Source: Candidatus Nanopelagicales bacterium
GTDB taxonomy: Bacteria > Actinomycetota > Actinomycetes > S36-B12
Reading direction: 5' to 3'
Assembly (NCBI GenBank): GCA_040398845.1
Contig: JBBATH010000004.1
Coordinates: forward strand, 146,981-210,980
Length of the DNA stretch: 64,000 nt
This document shows, piece after piece, positions 18,277-27,814 of this stretch (its first letter is position 1; every line of letters starts with the position of its first letter). The position numbers and the translations under genes are program-made. The notes beneath the pieces were generated by a model, which saw only the letters and a program-made list of their open reading frames with translations, searched no databases and was not told the DNA's origin.

Positions 18277-18717
18277 TCAGCAACAGTTTGCGGGTGTCGA
18301 TTCGACCATCGCGAGGGCCGGCAACGCGGCCTCGGGGTTGTCGTCCTTGATTGCGTAGATCTCCCAGGGTGCGCCGGCCGGGTCGTGGACCCAGACCTTG
18401 TCCTGGAGGGCGTAGCAGCAGGTGGTGTCTAACTCGTCGAATGCCGCGAGGCCAGCGTCGCGGAGTCGCTGCGCCTGAGCCTCGACCATCGCGACCTCCT
18501 CGACCTCGACCCCGAGGTGGTTAAGCGCCCCCTGCACTCCGGTGCCACGCTGGTCGGCCGGAACCTCGATCAACACGAGTTTTAGCGCGGGCTCGTCGAT
18601 CGCGAAGTTCGCGTAGCCCGGGCGGCGCTTGTGCGGCGCGACTCCGAAGAGGGTCGTGTAGAAGGTGATCGATGCTTCGAGGTCAGAGACATTCAAGGCG
18701 AGCTGCACTCTGGACAT
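18277..18717 (-). CDS. arsI: ArsI/CadI family VOC (glyoxalase-fold) metalloenzyme
   Basis: MSRVQLALNVSDLEASITFYTTLFG.., the vicinal Cys pair in DTTCCYALQDKVWV, and an ars-operon context. Start set at ATG 18717 within ORF 18277..18807. Confidence 0.8.
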   Translation of the reverse strand: MSRVQLALNVSDLEASITFYTTLFGVAPHKRRPGYANFAIDEPALKLVLIEVPADQRGTGVQGALNHLGVEVEEVAMVEAQAQRLRDAGLAAFDELDTTCCYALQDKVWVHDPAGAPWEIYAIKDDNPEAALPALAMVESTPANCC

Positions 18718-18822
18718 CGCGGGGCCGCCTTCAAGTAGATTGACGTCTGTCGATACGAGTCTGGTCATCGCATAGATGGTTGTCAATATATGAAGAAGGT
18801 CGATCAAAAGGAGGACGCACGG

Positions 18823-19137
18823 ATGTCGATTGACTGCTGCCCCGCCGGCCTCACCGCGCCCCTTGACCGTGCGGGGGCCGAGCGTCTAGCCCGCCTCCTC
18901 AAGGCCGTCGCCGACCCCGCGCGACTCCAGTTACTCTCGCTGCTCAAGGCCAGCCCAGGCGGCGAGGCCTGCGTGTGCGACCTCACCGCGCCGATCGGGC
19001 TCTCTCAGCCAACCATCAGCCACCACCTCAAGGTGCTCACCGAGGCCGGCCTGGTCAATCGAGAGCAGCGCGGCACCTGGGTCTGGTACTCGATCGACGG
19101 CCAGCGGTTGGCCGAGCTCTCCGCAGTTCTTGCATAG
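18823..19137 (+). CDS. arsR: ArsR/SmtB family metalloregulator
   Basis: LKAVADPARLQLLSLL..ACVCDL..LSQPTISHHLKVLTEAGLV. ATG 18823 is preceded by AAAGGAGG. The gene is divergent from arsI. Confidence 0.9.
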   Translation: MSIDCCPAGLTAPLDRAGAERLARLLKAVADPARLQLLSLLKASPGGEACVCDLTAPIGLSQPTISHHLKVLTEAGLVNREQRGTWVWYSIDGQRLAELSAVLA

Positions 19138-19211
19138 GTCTTCTGACCTCCCCTGCTGGTCTGCGCCAATCGCCGATTGACGCAAGTGGCTGTGCCCGTG
19201 AGGGTTGACCC

Positions 19212-20442
19212 ATGGGATTCGGCGGCTGGCAGGATCGCACCTTCGCCGCCCTCGCCGGAGTCAACTACCGTCGATTCTTCTTCGGTCAGGCAATTTCGCT
19301 CAGCGGCACCTGGATGCAGTCGGTCGCGATCGCGTGGGTCATCCTGCAACTCACCCACTCGGCGACCTGGCTCGGCATCGCGATCGCCCTTCAGACCCTC
19401 CCGGTCCTCGTATTCGGCCCATACGCCGGAGTGCTCGTCGATCGGTTCGACAAGAGGCGACTCCTGATGGACACCCAGATTGCGGGTGCCGTCCAGGCCC
19501 TCACCCTAGGACTGCTCACCATCATGGGAGCGATGTCGCTCGGCTGGATCGTCCTGCTCTCAATCGGCCTTGGCCTCATCAACGCAGTGGACAACCCAGC
19601 ACGCCAAGCCTTCGTGCGCGAGATGGTGTCTGTCGAACTCGTGCGAAACGGTCAGCCTCAACGCCGTCCTCGTGAACGTTGCGAGGGCGGTGGGGCCAGC
19701 GCTCGCTGGCATCATCATCGCAACCGCTGGTGTCGGTGAGTGCTTCTTCATCAATGCGGCGAGCTTCGGAGCCGCACTCATCGCCTACGCGGGGATGAAC
19801 AGGGCCATGCTCCGCCCCACCGAGCCCGTGCTCCGCGGCCCAGGCCAGTTGCGGGAGGGCCTGCGTTACGTGCGTCACGATCACAGGCTCCTGATACCGC
19901 TGCTCATGATGGCCATCATCGGAACGCTGACCTACGAGTTCCAGGTCGTGCTCCCCGTATTGGCGACCGACACCTTCGACGGGAGCGCTGACAGCCTCGG
20001 ACTCGTCACAGCGGCGATGGGCGTGGGCGCCGTCATCGGTGGCCTCGTGAGTGCCGGTCGTCACTCCAGCGGAGTCGGCACCATGTCCCTTGCCTCCGCC
20101 GCGTTCGGCGCGACCATGCTCATCACCTCGATCTCCCCGACCCTCGAGGTCGCTGCAGTCTCACTCGTGGCCGTCGGCGCGGCGAGCATCTGGTTCCTGT
20201 CAGCCGGCAACACCGCCCTGCAACTGGCGGCCTCCCCCGAGATGCGCGGGCGCGTCATGGCCCTGTGGACGGTGGCGTTCATCGGCAGCACGCCCGTTGG
20301 CGGGCCGATCGTCGGCTTGGTGGCCGAGCACGCGGGCCCTCGCTGGGCCCTTGCGGTCGGGGCAGTTGCTGCATTCACCGCATCGAGTCTTGGGTTTCTT
20401 GCGAACCGCCGGCGACCAGGCGGGCCGCACCTCGATCAGTAG
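19212..20442 (+). pseudogene. MFS transporter (MFS_3/EntS-like) with a frameshift near 19649-19652
   Basis: ORF 19212..19739 reads correctly to ..NPARQAFVREMVSVELVRN. ORF 19570..20442, in the +1 frame, continues ..VSLNAVLVNVARAVGPALAG.., which is the expected next family motif. The junction sequence is cgaaacggtcagc. Confidence 0.75.
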
Positions 20443-21431
20443 GTGATGGCGCTGTCAGCCCCGCCGAGGAGGTCGAGTGAATGCAGCCTCCCTTCGACCG
20501 AATCCGAGTGGTGCACGAGCATGAGCTCGTCCGCGTTCGCGTGACGCCTGAAGTCACTGAGGTAGGCGCGCACGATCTCGGGAGTCCCCAGAGCCGTATA
20601 GGTGAGCATGCCATCGACGTGCCTCCCCTGCGGTCCGGCAAGCACGACCTCGATCGACTCGTCGTCGAGGGGCTCACCGCCTCGTCCGAACAGCACCCGG
20701 GCCAGCCCGCGTCGCCTCGTCTCCCGGGCGGCGAGCGCTGCTTCCTCCGTCTCGGCAACGATCACGTTCACCCCGGCGATCACATGTGGTTCGGCGAGTT
20801 GCTCCGACGGGACGAAGCGCTCGCGATAGATCCGAACCGCATCGAGCAGACCTTGCGGTGCGAAATGTGAGGCGCAGGCGTATGGCAGGCCGAGCATGGC
20901 GGCGAGCTGTGCGCCGAAGAGTGACGATCCTAGGATGGTGATCGGCACGTGGGTGCCTCGTCCGGGTGTAGCGTTGACCCCCGGCACCACGGTCTTGTCG
21001 CCCAGGAACCCTTGCAGTTCAACAACATCCTGCGGGAAGGACTCAGCTGCCCGTGGATCCCGCCTCAGGGCACGAACGGTCACCTGATCGGTGCCCGGAG
21101 CCCTGCCCAGCCCGAGGTCGATGCGATCGGGATGGAGCGCCGCCAAGGTCCCAAACTGCTCGGCGATAACAAGTGGCGAGTGGTTCGGGAGCATGACCCC
21201 GCCTGAGCCGAGTCGGATTCTCTCGGTATTTGCCGCCACGTGAGCGATGAGCACGGCGGTGGCCGACGATGCGATCGTCGGCATGTTGTGGTGCTCCGCA
21301 TACCAGACCCGTCGATAGCCCAACTGCTCTGCGCGGCGGGCAAGCAGCACACTGCCGAGGAGACTGTCGCGAATGCTCTCGCGCGGCCCGACGACGGCGA
21401 GATCTAGCAGCGACAGTGGCGTGACTGGCAT
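20436..21431 (-). CDS. LLM class (luciferase-like) flavin-dependent oxidoreductase
   Basis: [14 protein letters not shown]...[60 protein letters not shown]. Start set at ATG 21431 within ORF 20436..21527. Confidence 0.85.
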   Translation of the reverse strand: MPVTPLSLLDLAVVGPRESIRDSLLGSVLLARRAEQLGYRRVWYAEHHNMPTIASSATAVLIAHVAANTERIRLGSGGVMLPNHSPLVIAEQFGTLAALHPDRIDLGLGRAPGTDQVTVRALRRDPRAAESFPQDVVELQGFLGDKTVVPGVNATPGRGTHVPITILGSSLFGAQLAAMLGLPYACASHFAPQGLLDAVRIYRERFVPSEQLAEPHVIAGVNVIVAETEEAALAARETRRRGLARVLFGRGGEPLDDESIEVVLAGPQGRHVDGMLTYTALGTPEIVRAYLSDFRRHANADELMLVHHSDSVEGRLHSLDLLGGADSAITY

Positions 21432-21542
21432 GTGCCCTCTCGAGGAAGAATTGAATCCGGACCCCGGCATGCGCATTACTGTTGCGAAATCGCTCAAACG
21501 TGGGAGTTTCGCGGCAGTAACGTGCACGTCCAGGGGCGATTT

Positions 21543-22247
21543 CTACTGGGGCGGGCCCCAGAAGAACATGTCGAAGCGGTCTGCCCCCGCCGCCACTGCC
21601 TCGGAGTAGGTGAACGCTCCGTCATAGAGGGCGTCGTCGAGGATGATGCCGTCAAGGCCGTTTGGGACGAGTTCATGGAGTGCGTGGAGGTCCCCTAAGT
21701 GTCCGATACCACCTCGCGCCATCACCGGCCGGTTCGTGTGTGAGCAGAAGTCCGCAAGCAGGTGCCGGTCGCCGTGCTTCCAGTGGTGCTTTTCAGCCTG
21801 ATCGGAGATCACGAACCGGCTGCACCCCGCGCGCTCGAGGCTGCCCGCGATGTCAAAGACGTCAGCCTGGCGAATGTCGAGGCCGACAGCCACGCGATCC
21901 CCGTGGGCCTTCACTGCCGCGCTTGCCCATTCACGGTCAGTGCCGTCGATGACGACCCGGCTGGCACCTGTCGCGATCGCAACCGACAACGCGGCCTCAT
22001 CGCGCACGACTCCCGAGTACTGCAGATGCGCCCCACCCGCCACCATGTGGTGGTGGTTGGGGGTCCCACCATCGATTGCATCCTGGTCGACGATGTGGAT
22101 CCACGCCGCGCCCTGATGTACCCACGAGGAGATCGATTGAGCGACGGAGCCGATCTCGTCTGACTGGCCGTAGCCCTGCGGAGCAATGCGCGCGCGCCCT
22201 CCAGAGATCGTGACAACCGGCAGCAGGGCAAGGGGGTACGTGGCCAT
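21543..22247 (-). CDS. HisA/PriA-like (beta/alpha)8-barrel protein, divergent stand-alone paralog
   Basis: Colinear by eye with actinobacterial PriA as I recall it: LALLPVVTISGG..AAWIHIVDQDAIDG..RVAVGLDI..CSRFVISD..ARGGIG..DGIILDDALY. It is not in a his/trp operon context. Confidence 0.6.
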   Translation of the reverse strand: MATYPLALLPVVTISGGRARIAPQGYGQSDEIGSVAQSISSWVHQGAAWIHIVDQDAIDGGTPNHHHMVAGGAHLQYSGVVRDEAALSVAIATGASRVVIDGTDREWASAAVKAHGDRVAVGLDIRQADVFDIAGSLERAGCSRFVISDQAEKHHWKHGDRHLLADFCSHTNRPVMARGGIGHLGDLHALHELVPNGLDGIILDDALYDGAFTYSEAVAAGADRFDMFFWGPPQ

Positions 22248-22256
22248 GGATGCAGA

Positions 22257-23354
22257 CTATCCGCGATCCCCTCGCGCCCCAATCCCGACGTGGCTTGCGC
22301 CGCCTGCAGGGAAGGTGTGGAGGTCGAGGGACTTCAGGCTCAGCCATACGCCGGTGCCCCTCGCAAGGCGCATGTCAGCGGCAGCCTCGGGCGTGATGGC
22401 AGCGATCACACTCGGCTCACCGTCGACATGGACGCGGATCCTGTCATGCGACGGCTGAAGCGAGGTCACGATCCCCTGCCATACGTTGCGAGCACTGCCC
22501 TCGGGCCGGGTCAGGTGCAAGGTCACCGACTCTGGTCGCACGACGGCCAAGGCGGGGCCGGCGAGGTCATGGTCGACGATGTTCAACACTCCCCCAGCGG
22601 CCAGCGTGAGTGTGCCGCCGGCGGCCTCACCGCGTAGGAGGGTGACGCCCATCAGGGTGGCAACGTAGTCGGTGAGCGGTCGCTGCGAAAGCTCCGCGGG
22701 GGTGCCGTCCTGGGAGACGATTCCGTTCTCGAGCACGATGACGCGATCGGCGAGAAGGAGGGCATCGAGCGGGTCGTGGGTGATGTGGACGACGCAGCCG
22801 GCGAAGGACTCGAGTTGCGTCTGCAACTCTGCGCGGACGATCTCCTTCGTCTCGACGTCAAGGGCAGCGAGTGGCTCGTCGAGGAGGAGGACGTCGGGCG
22901 AGGTCGCAAGCGCCCGCGCGAGGGCAACGCGCTGGGCCTGCCCGCCGGAGATCTCACCGGGCTTGCGGCCCGCGAGATCCGCGACGCCGAGGAGTCGCAG
23001 CGTCTCCAAAGCCCTTGCGCTGGAGACAGTTCGACCGGCGCCGCGCGAGCGTGGCCCGAAGGCGACGTTGTCGAGGACGCTGAGATGGGGGAACAGTGCA
23101 TAGTCCTGGAAGACGACACCGACCGATCTTCGGTGGGCAGGAACGAGCGTGGCCTCCCCGTCATCGACGACCCGACCGTTGATGCTGATCGACCCGGTAT
23201 CGATGGGGTGCAGCCCGGCAATCGCCCGCACGAGCGTGGACTTGCCTGCTCCATTCGGCCCGAGGATCGCCACGACGGTGCCCGGCTCGAAGACGGCAGT
23301 GACGGTCAACGTGAAGTCTCCGCGGGTGACCGTGCAGTCGAGGTTAAGGCTCAT
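22257..23354 (-). CDS. modC: molybdate ABC transporter ATP-binding protein with C-terminal TOBE/Mop domain
   Basis: GPNGAGKST Walker A, LSGGQAQRVALARAL signature, a C-terminal TOBE-like extension, and coupling to modB. Confidence 0.85.
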   Translation of the reverse strand: MSLNLDCTVTRGDFTLTVTAVFEPGTVVAILGPNGAGKSTLVRAIAGLHPIDTGSISINGRVVDDGEATLVPAHRRSVGVVFQDYALFPHLSVLDNVAFGPRSRGAGRTVSSARALETLRLLGVADLAGRKPGEISGGQAQRVALARALATSPDVLLLDEPLAALDVETKEIVRAELQTQLESFAGCVVHITHDPLDALLLADRVIVLENGIVSQDGTPAELSQRPLTDYVATLMGVTLLRGEAAGGTLTLAAGGVLNIVDHDLAGPALAVVRPESVTLHLTRPEGSARNVWQGIVTSLQPSHDRIRVHVDGEPSVIAAITPEAAADMRLARGTGVWLSLKSLDLHTFPAGGASHVGIGARGDRG

Positions 23355-24157
23355 GAGCGAGCGGCCCCCCTCATGTAATTGCCACGCAAGGCCACCAGCA
23401 CGGCCACACTCACGGCGAGCAGCAGGATGCTCAGAGCAATCGCGATGTCACGATCGGATTCGAGGGCCGTATAGACGGCAAGGGGCATCGTCTGGGTGAC
23501 CCCGGGAAAGTTGCCGGCAAAGGTGATGGTCGCCCCGAACTCGCCGAGCGCGCGTGCCCAGCACAGGGCCGCCCCCGCGATGATCGAGGGTGCGACGAGC
23601 GGGATCGTGATGCGACGAAACACCGTCCACGGCGAGGCACCGAGGGTGACAGCGGCGTCCTCGAAACGTCGGTCAAACGAGCGGAACGCCCCCTCGAGGG
23701 TGATGATGAGAAACGGCATGGCGACAAAGGTCTCGGCGAGGATCACCCCCGTCGCGGTGAACGGCAACTGGATGCCAAACGTGTCGAAGAGAAATCCGCC
23801 GACTGAGCCGCGTCGGCCGAACGCGGCGAGTAGCGCCACTCCCGAGACAACCGGGGGAAGCAGCAGCGGCACGATCACGAGGGCGCGGATGAGCCGGGTT
23901 CCCGGCAGGATCTCGCGGGCCAGCAGCCAGGCGAGCGGGATGCCGATGATGGCCGCAATCGCCGTCGCGATCAAGGAGGTGATGAGGGACAGTCGAAGCG
24001 CATCCATCGCCGAGGGGGTGGAGATGATTGACGCGAATGAGTCCCACGGCGCCTGTAGCAGCAGGGCGATGAGGGGGACGACGAGGAACGCGACTGCGAT
24101 CACCCCTGGCCCGATGAGGAACCACGGGGGCGCTGCTGCGTGCCGGACGGTCACCAA
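23351..24157 (-). CDS. modB: molybdate ABC transporter permease
   Basis: 268-aa permease with an EAA-type loop (DAAVTLGASPWTVFRRITIPL). Lies between modA and modC. Confidence 0.85.
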   Translation of the reverse strand: MVTVRHAAAPPWFLIGPGVIAVAFLVVPLIALLLQAPWDSFASIISTPSAMDALRLSLITSLIATAIAAIIGIPLAWLLAREILPGTRLIRALVIVPLLLPPVVSGVALLAAFGRRGSVGGFLFDTFGIQLPFTATGVILAETFVAMPFLIITLEGAFRSFDRRFEDAAVTLGASPWTVFRRITIPLVAPSIIAGAALCWARALGEFGATITFAGNFPGVTQTMPLAVYTALESDRDIAIALSILLLAVSVAVLVALRGNYMRGAARS

Positions 24158-24948
24158 GGCCGCACGAATCCGTAGGCGCGCAGGATGCCCTGCGCGGAGG
24201 TTGTGAATCGGACGTAGGTGACGAAGGCCCGAGCTGCTGCGGCATTGGGGGCGCCGATGACGGTGGCGATCGGGTAGGTCGTGGTGACGTTGCTCGCTGG
24301 CGGGATGGCCACAGACGTGACCTTGCTTGCAGCGGCCTTTACGTCGGATGTGTAGACGATGCCCGCATCGACCTCGTCCGCCATCACCTTGCCCAGAACT
24401 GCGCGAACGTCAAGCTCCAAGGTGACGGGCTTGACGACAACGGAGTTCAGCTTCAAGACATCACGGGTGGCCGCGCCGCACGGCACCGCCACGGCACATA
24501 CCGCGACCAGCACGCCCGGCCTCGCGAGGTCAGATAGCCGTTTGATTCCAGCGGGATTGTCCGGCGGCATCGCGATAGCCATGCTGTTCTTGGCGAAGAG
24601 GAATGGTGCGTTGACTCGTCCCGCATTGACCGCCTTCCACATGGTCGGCTCCGAGGCGGTCGCGAGCACATCGACGGGTGCGCCTGCGTTAATCTGCTCG
24701 ACGAGCGCGGGGCTGCCGCCGAAGTTGAACTTCACGTTCGTGCCCGGGTACTTCTTCATGAAAGCGGCGGCGATCACCGGAAACACGTCGGTGAGGGACG
24801 CCGCTGCCGACACCGTGACCGTGCCGGTCACCCGCTGCGGAGCAACCGGGCGGCCGGGCGACGCACCTGCCGCCCCCGCTCCAACCAACGAGGTCACCGT
24901 GATTGCAGTTGCCGCCGACCATGCCAACAGATGTCTGCTGATGCTCAC
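24151..24948 (-). CDS. modA: molybdate ABC transporter substrate-binding protein
   Basis: Signal peptide followed by TVSAAASLTDVF...FGGSPALVEQI..GAPVDVLATAS, typical of ModA. Confidence 0.85.
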   Translation of the reverse strand: MSISRHLLAWSAATAITVTSLVGAGAAGASPGRPVAPQRVTGTVTVSAAASLTDVFPVIAAAFMKKYPGTNVKFNFGGSPALVEQINAGAPVDVLATASEPTMWKAVNAGRVNAPFLFAKNSMAIAMPPDNPAGIKRLSDLARPGVLVAVCAVAVPCGAATRDVLKLNSVVVKPVTLELDVRAVLGKVMADEVDAGIVYTSDVKAAASKVTSVAIPPASNVTTTYPIATVIGAPNAAAARAFVTYVRFTTSAQGILRAYGFVRPW

Positions 24949-25346
24949 GTTGCTGCCTCGAGTTCGACGATGACGTTCGTCGACTTGATGACCGCAGCAA
25001 CGAGCGAGCCCGGGGCAAGGCCGAGCTCATCTGCCGACTCCCGACTCATGAGCGAGGTGACTCGGTGCGGGCCGGCCTGGATCTCGACGAGTGCCATCAC
25101 GCCGTCCTTCTCGACCCGAGTGACGATGCCGGGAAACCGGTTGCGCGCCGATTGCTGGACTGCCCGCGCCTCAAGGTGCGACTGCTCGGACATGAGGACC
25201 GCGACGCTGCCGGCATCGACAGTCCTCGGCCCGCCGGCATCCGTGCCGGCGGTCAGGCGGCCTGCGTCAAGCCAGCGGCGCACTGTGTCGTCGCTGACGC
25301 CGAGCAGGTTGGCCGCCTCCGAAACCCGCAGATTCGCCATAATCAA
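24945..25346 (-). CDS. MerR/excisionase-type HTH fused to a molybdate-binding Mop/TOBE domain (likely mod regulator)
   Basis: LRVSEAANLLGVSDDTVRRWLDAGRL (HTH), then SARNRFPGIVTRVEKDGVMALVEIQAGPHRVTSLMSRESADELGL.PGS.VAAVIKSTNV (Mop). Lies directly upstream of modA with a 4-nt overlap. Confidence 0.8.
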   Translation of the reverse strand: MIMANLRVSEAANLLGVSDDTVRRWLDAGRLTAGTDAGGPRTVDAGSVAVLMSEQSHLEARAVQQSARNRFPGIVTRVEKDGVMALVEIQAGPHRVTSLMSRESADELGLAPGSLVAAVIKSTNVIVELEAAT

Positions 25347-25394
25347 TCAATTTAGCCCGCACCTGCGGATATGGCAAGCATGAGCGCTCGTGTG

Positions 25395-25796
25395 TCAGGG
25401 GACCGTGGCCGGTGCCACGACTGGCATCCCGTTCATCGCGGCGGCGTCAGCGAGCCTGCGGTCGTAGGTCACAACGGCGACGAGATCGTCGCCAAGCGCG
25501 AGCGCCGATGCCACGTGGAGTGCGTCAAGCGTTCGTAGGTCCGAAGGTCCGAGTCGTCCGGCCGCTTCGAACAGCGCGGTGGTGATCGCGAGGAGGGTGA
25601 TCGAGTCGAGCACGACCCGAGCCCGCAGAACCCGGTCGGGGGCGGCCCGCCGAACCGCGCGGAGCAACTCAGTTCGGGCCAGATCACCAGCAACCAGCAC
25701 GGGTTGCGTTTCAGCTATCCAGGCAAGGAGTTCCTCGGTTTCGGCCTCAGCGACGACGAGTTTCACGAGCGCCGACGTGTCGATGTAGTGGGCCAC
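25395..25796 (-). CDS. vapC: PIN-domain toxin VapC (copy 1)
   Basis: MAHYIDTSALVKLVVAE...LRTLDALHVASALALGDDLVAVVTYDRRLADAA. The acidic PIN residues are present. Confidence 0.88.
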   Translation of the reverse strand: MAHYIDTSALVKLVVAEAETEELLAWIAETQPVLVAGDLARTELLRAVRRAAPDRVLRARVVLDSITLLAITTALFEAAGRLGPSDLRTLDALHVASALALGDDLVAVVTYDRRLADAAAMNGMPVVAPATVP

Positions 25797-25798
25797 GG

Positions 25799-26062
25799 TC
25801 AGTAGCGCTCGGCATCCCTCATCAGGGCCAATTCCGCCGACAGGCTCGGGCCCGCTTCAGGCGCAGGGAGGTCGCCAATATCGCGGCTTGGTGGGCGCGC
25901 TCGGCCGGAGTCGATCATCAATTGAAGGTTCGAGTTCAGGATTGGAATCATTTGCGCGACAGGACGGCCTCGATCCGTGATCGTCACGATCTCGCCGCCC
26001 GCCACACCCGCGACCACTGCCGACGCGTTTTGCTTCAGTGCTCGGATACCGACCTCGGCCAT
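25799..26062 (-). CDS. vapB: Phd/YefM-type antitoxin paired with VapC (copy 1)
   Basis: MAEVGIRALKQNASAVVAGVAGGEIVTITDRGRPVAQMIP.. . It ends 3 nt upstream of vapC. ORF 25799..26071 was trimmed to ATG 26062. Confidence 0.85.
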   Translation of the reverse strand: MAEVGIRALKQNASAVVAGVAGGEIVTITDRGRPVAQMIPILNSNLQLMIDSGRARPPSRDIGDLPAPEAGPSLSAELALMRDAERY

Positions 26063-26246
26063 GTTCTTCAAGGTAGCACAATGACTGGTTGGGAGCGACT
26101 CGTCCCTGGAGCCGGGTCGTACGCACCATCACCCCGAACCCACGTACCCCGAGCACATCACCGTCAGTCCTGCGTAGGTATCGAGCACCCGTTATGCATG
26201 CCCGGATGCAACCCTCACGGCAAACAGCCTGACGATCAGCGCTTCC

Positions 26247-26400
26247 TTAGGCCGGGGCGATGACCGGCGTCCCGTTCATCGCGGCGTCTTCAGCGAACCT
26301 GCGGTCGTACGTCACAACGGCGACGAGGTCGTCGCCAATCGCGACGCTGCAGGCATTGACCGTCTTCGGGCCGCTGGCAACCGTTACGGCGATTAGCTCG
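26247..26400 (-). pseudogene. 3'-terminal remnant of a second vapC (copy 2)
   Basis: Own minus-strand translation gives ..ASGPKTVNACSVAIGDDLVAVVTYDRRFAEDAAMNGTPVIAPA*. This aligns with the C-terminus of VapC copy 1 (..ASALALGDDLVAVVTYDRRLADAAAMNGMPVVAPATVP*). The DNA is visibly homologous to 25395-25500. Homology stops where the AT-rich segment begins, at about 26400. Confidence 0.75.
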
Positions 26401-26601
26401 CCGCATATTCGTCATATTCTGACGGCATAGACCGCACTTCCCGATTCTTTATGGATTCTCGCAACCCATCTGAGAGGTTTCCAAGAGGACACTCGTTGAG
26501 GTCATTTCAGCTCCTAGAATCGAGTTGTGCAGTGACTTTATGAAAAATCCCATCAGTTCCGCACCTTCACCTACCCCAACCACCTAGACCGGCAATGGCG
26601 A

Positions 26602-27717
26602 TTGTGGCGGGCCTTGGGCGAGGCGCAGAGCAAGTGCGAGCACGTGGCAGGAGCGCCGCTCCCCCCACACCTCGCGGAGGAACTCAGCGCCATCTACATG
26701 GCCAAGGGGGTCCACGCCACCACCGCAATCGAGGGCAACACGCTTTCCGAACAAGAGGTGGCCGACATCCTCGCCGGGACAGCCGACCTGCCACCCTCCC
26801 GCGAATACCAGAAAGTCGAGATCAAGAATGTTGCTGCCACCCTGGTCAGCATCGACGAGGCCATTAAGAACGGACAAGCACTTCACCTGACGGTCGAGTC
26901 AGTGACGGCACTCAACCTGCAGATCCTCCAGGGCACCGAACATGAGCCCAACGCGAAACCAGGCCGGTTTCGGCTCCATCAGGTGGTCATCGGACGCTAC
27001 CGGGCCGCGCCGTCCGAGGACGTCGAATACCTGCTGGACCGTCTACTTACGTGGATCAACCGCGAGACCCTTGAGAATTCCGATACGGATACGCAGTTCG
27101 CAAACGCCGTCATCGGAGCCGTCACGGCCCACGTCTACTTTGCCTGGATCCACCCCTTCGGGGACGGAAACGGACGCACTGCCCGCCTCATCGAAGCCCT
27201 CATCCTGGCGCGTTCTGGTCTGGTACCACTTCCGGCAATCAACCTCCTGAGCGATCACTACAACAAGACCCGGGACCGATACCGGCGAATGTTTGATGAA
27301 GCACGGGCGGCCAACGACATCACCTCCTTCATCCTCTACGCGGTCGAAGGCTACTTGGACGGTCTCCGGGGACAGGTGGAACAAATCCGACACGTCACGC
27401 TGCGAACATCGTGGGTGAACTATGTCCATGAACGGATGTCCGAGGAGCCCGAGGGCGCGACCCGGCGCCGGCGACGGGACCTCGTATTGGCCCTATCGTG
27501 CACGGGAATCGTGAAGCGCGCTGCCATCAGTCAACTCAACGCCCCGCTTGCAGCCGCCTACGCCGTCAAGGGCGAGAAGACCATATCCCGAGACCTCAAC
27601 CGGCTCGTCAGTCTCGGACTCGTCGTGCGCGTGGGACGTCATCACGTTCGGGCCAACAGCCAAGTTATGGAGGCCTTCCTGCCTCGCAAGGCAGACCCGC
27701 CGGAGCTCGCGGACTGA
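26602..27717 (+). CDS. Fic/DOC family protein (class II type with N-terminal inhibitory motif) plus C-terminal winged-helix domain
   Basis: Fic active-site motif HPFGDGNGRTARL. N-terminal TTAIEG matches the [S/T]xxxE[G/N] inhibitory helix. TTG start. Preceded by a 200-bp AT-rich segment. Confidence 0.88.
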   Translation: MWRALGEAQSKCEHVAGAPLPPHLAEELSAIYMAKGVHATTAIEGNTLSEQEVADILAGTADLPPSREYQKVEIKNVAATLVSIDEAIKNGQALHLTVESVTALNLQILQGTEHEPNAKPGRFRLHQVVIGRYRAAPSEDVEYLLDRLLTWINRETLENSDTDTQFANAVIGAVTAHVYFAWIHPFGDGNGRTARLIEALILARSGLVPLPAINLLSDHYNKTRDRYRRMFDEARAANDITSFILYAVEGYLDGLRGQVEQIRHVTLRTSWVNYVHERMSEEPEGATRRRRRDLVLALSCTGIVKRAAISQLNAPLAAAYAVKGEKTISRDLNRLVSLGLVVRVGRHHVRANSQVMEAFLPRKADPPELAD

Positions 27718-27814
27718 CACCCTCCTTCGAAGATGCACTTGCCTTTTGCAGTGACACTTGTCGCCGCGCACGCCTGCGTCATTCCGGGCGACCCTCGCGC
27801 AAGGAGTGCCTCGG

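Noticed and set aside
24948-25395. A molybdenum-cofactor riboswitch or other leader RNA upstream of modA
   Set aside because: The space upstream of modA is fully occupied by the overlapping HTH+Mop regulator gene. The 48-nt gap upstream of that gene is too short, and I saw no conserved riboswitch-like structure.
26400-26601. The AT-rich segment upstream of Fic as a tRNA/att site or mobile-element end
   Set aside because: I found no tRNA-like cloverleaf, no terminal inverted repeats, no target-site duplication at the 26400/27808 junctions, and no integrase or transposase ORF. I therefore report it only as part of the Fic cassette, not as a mobile_element feature.
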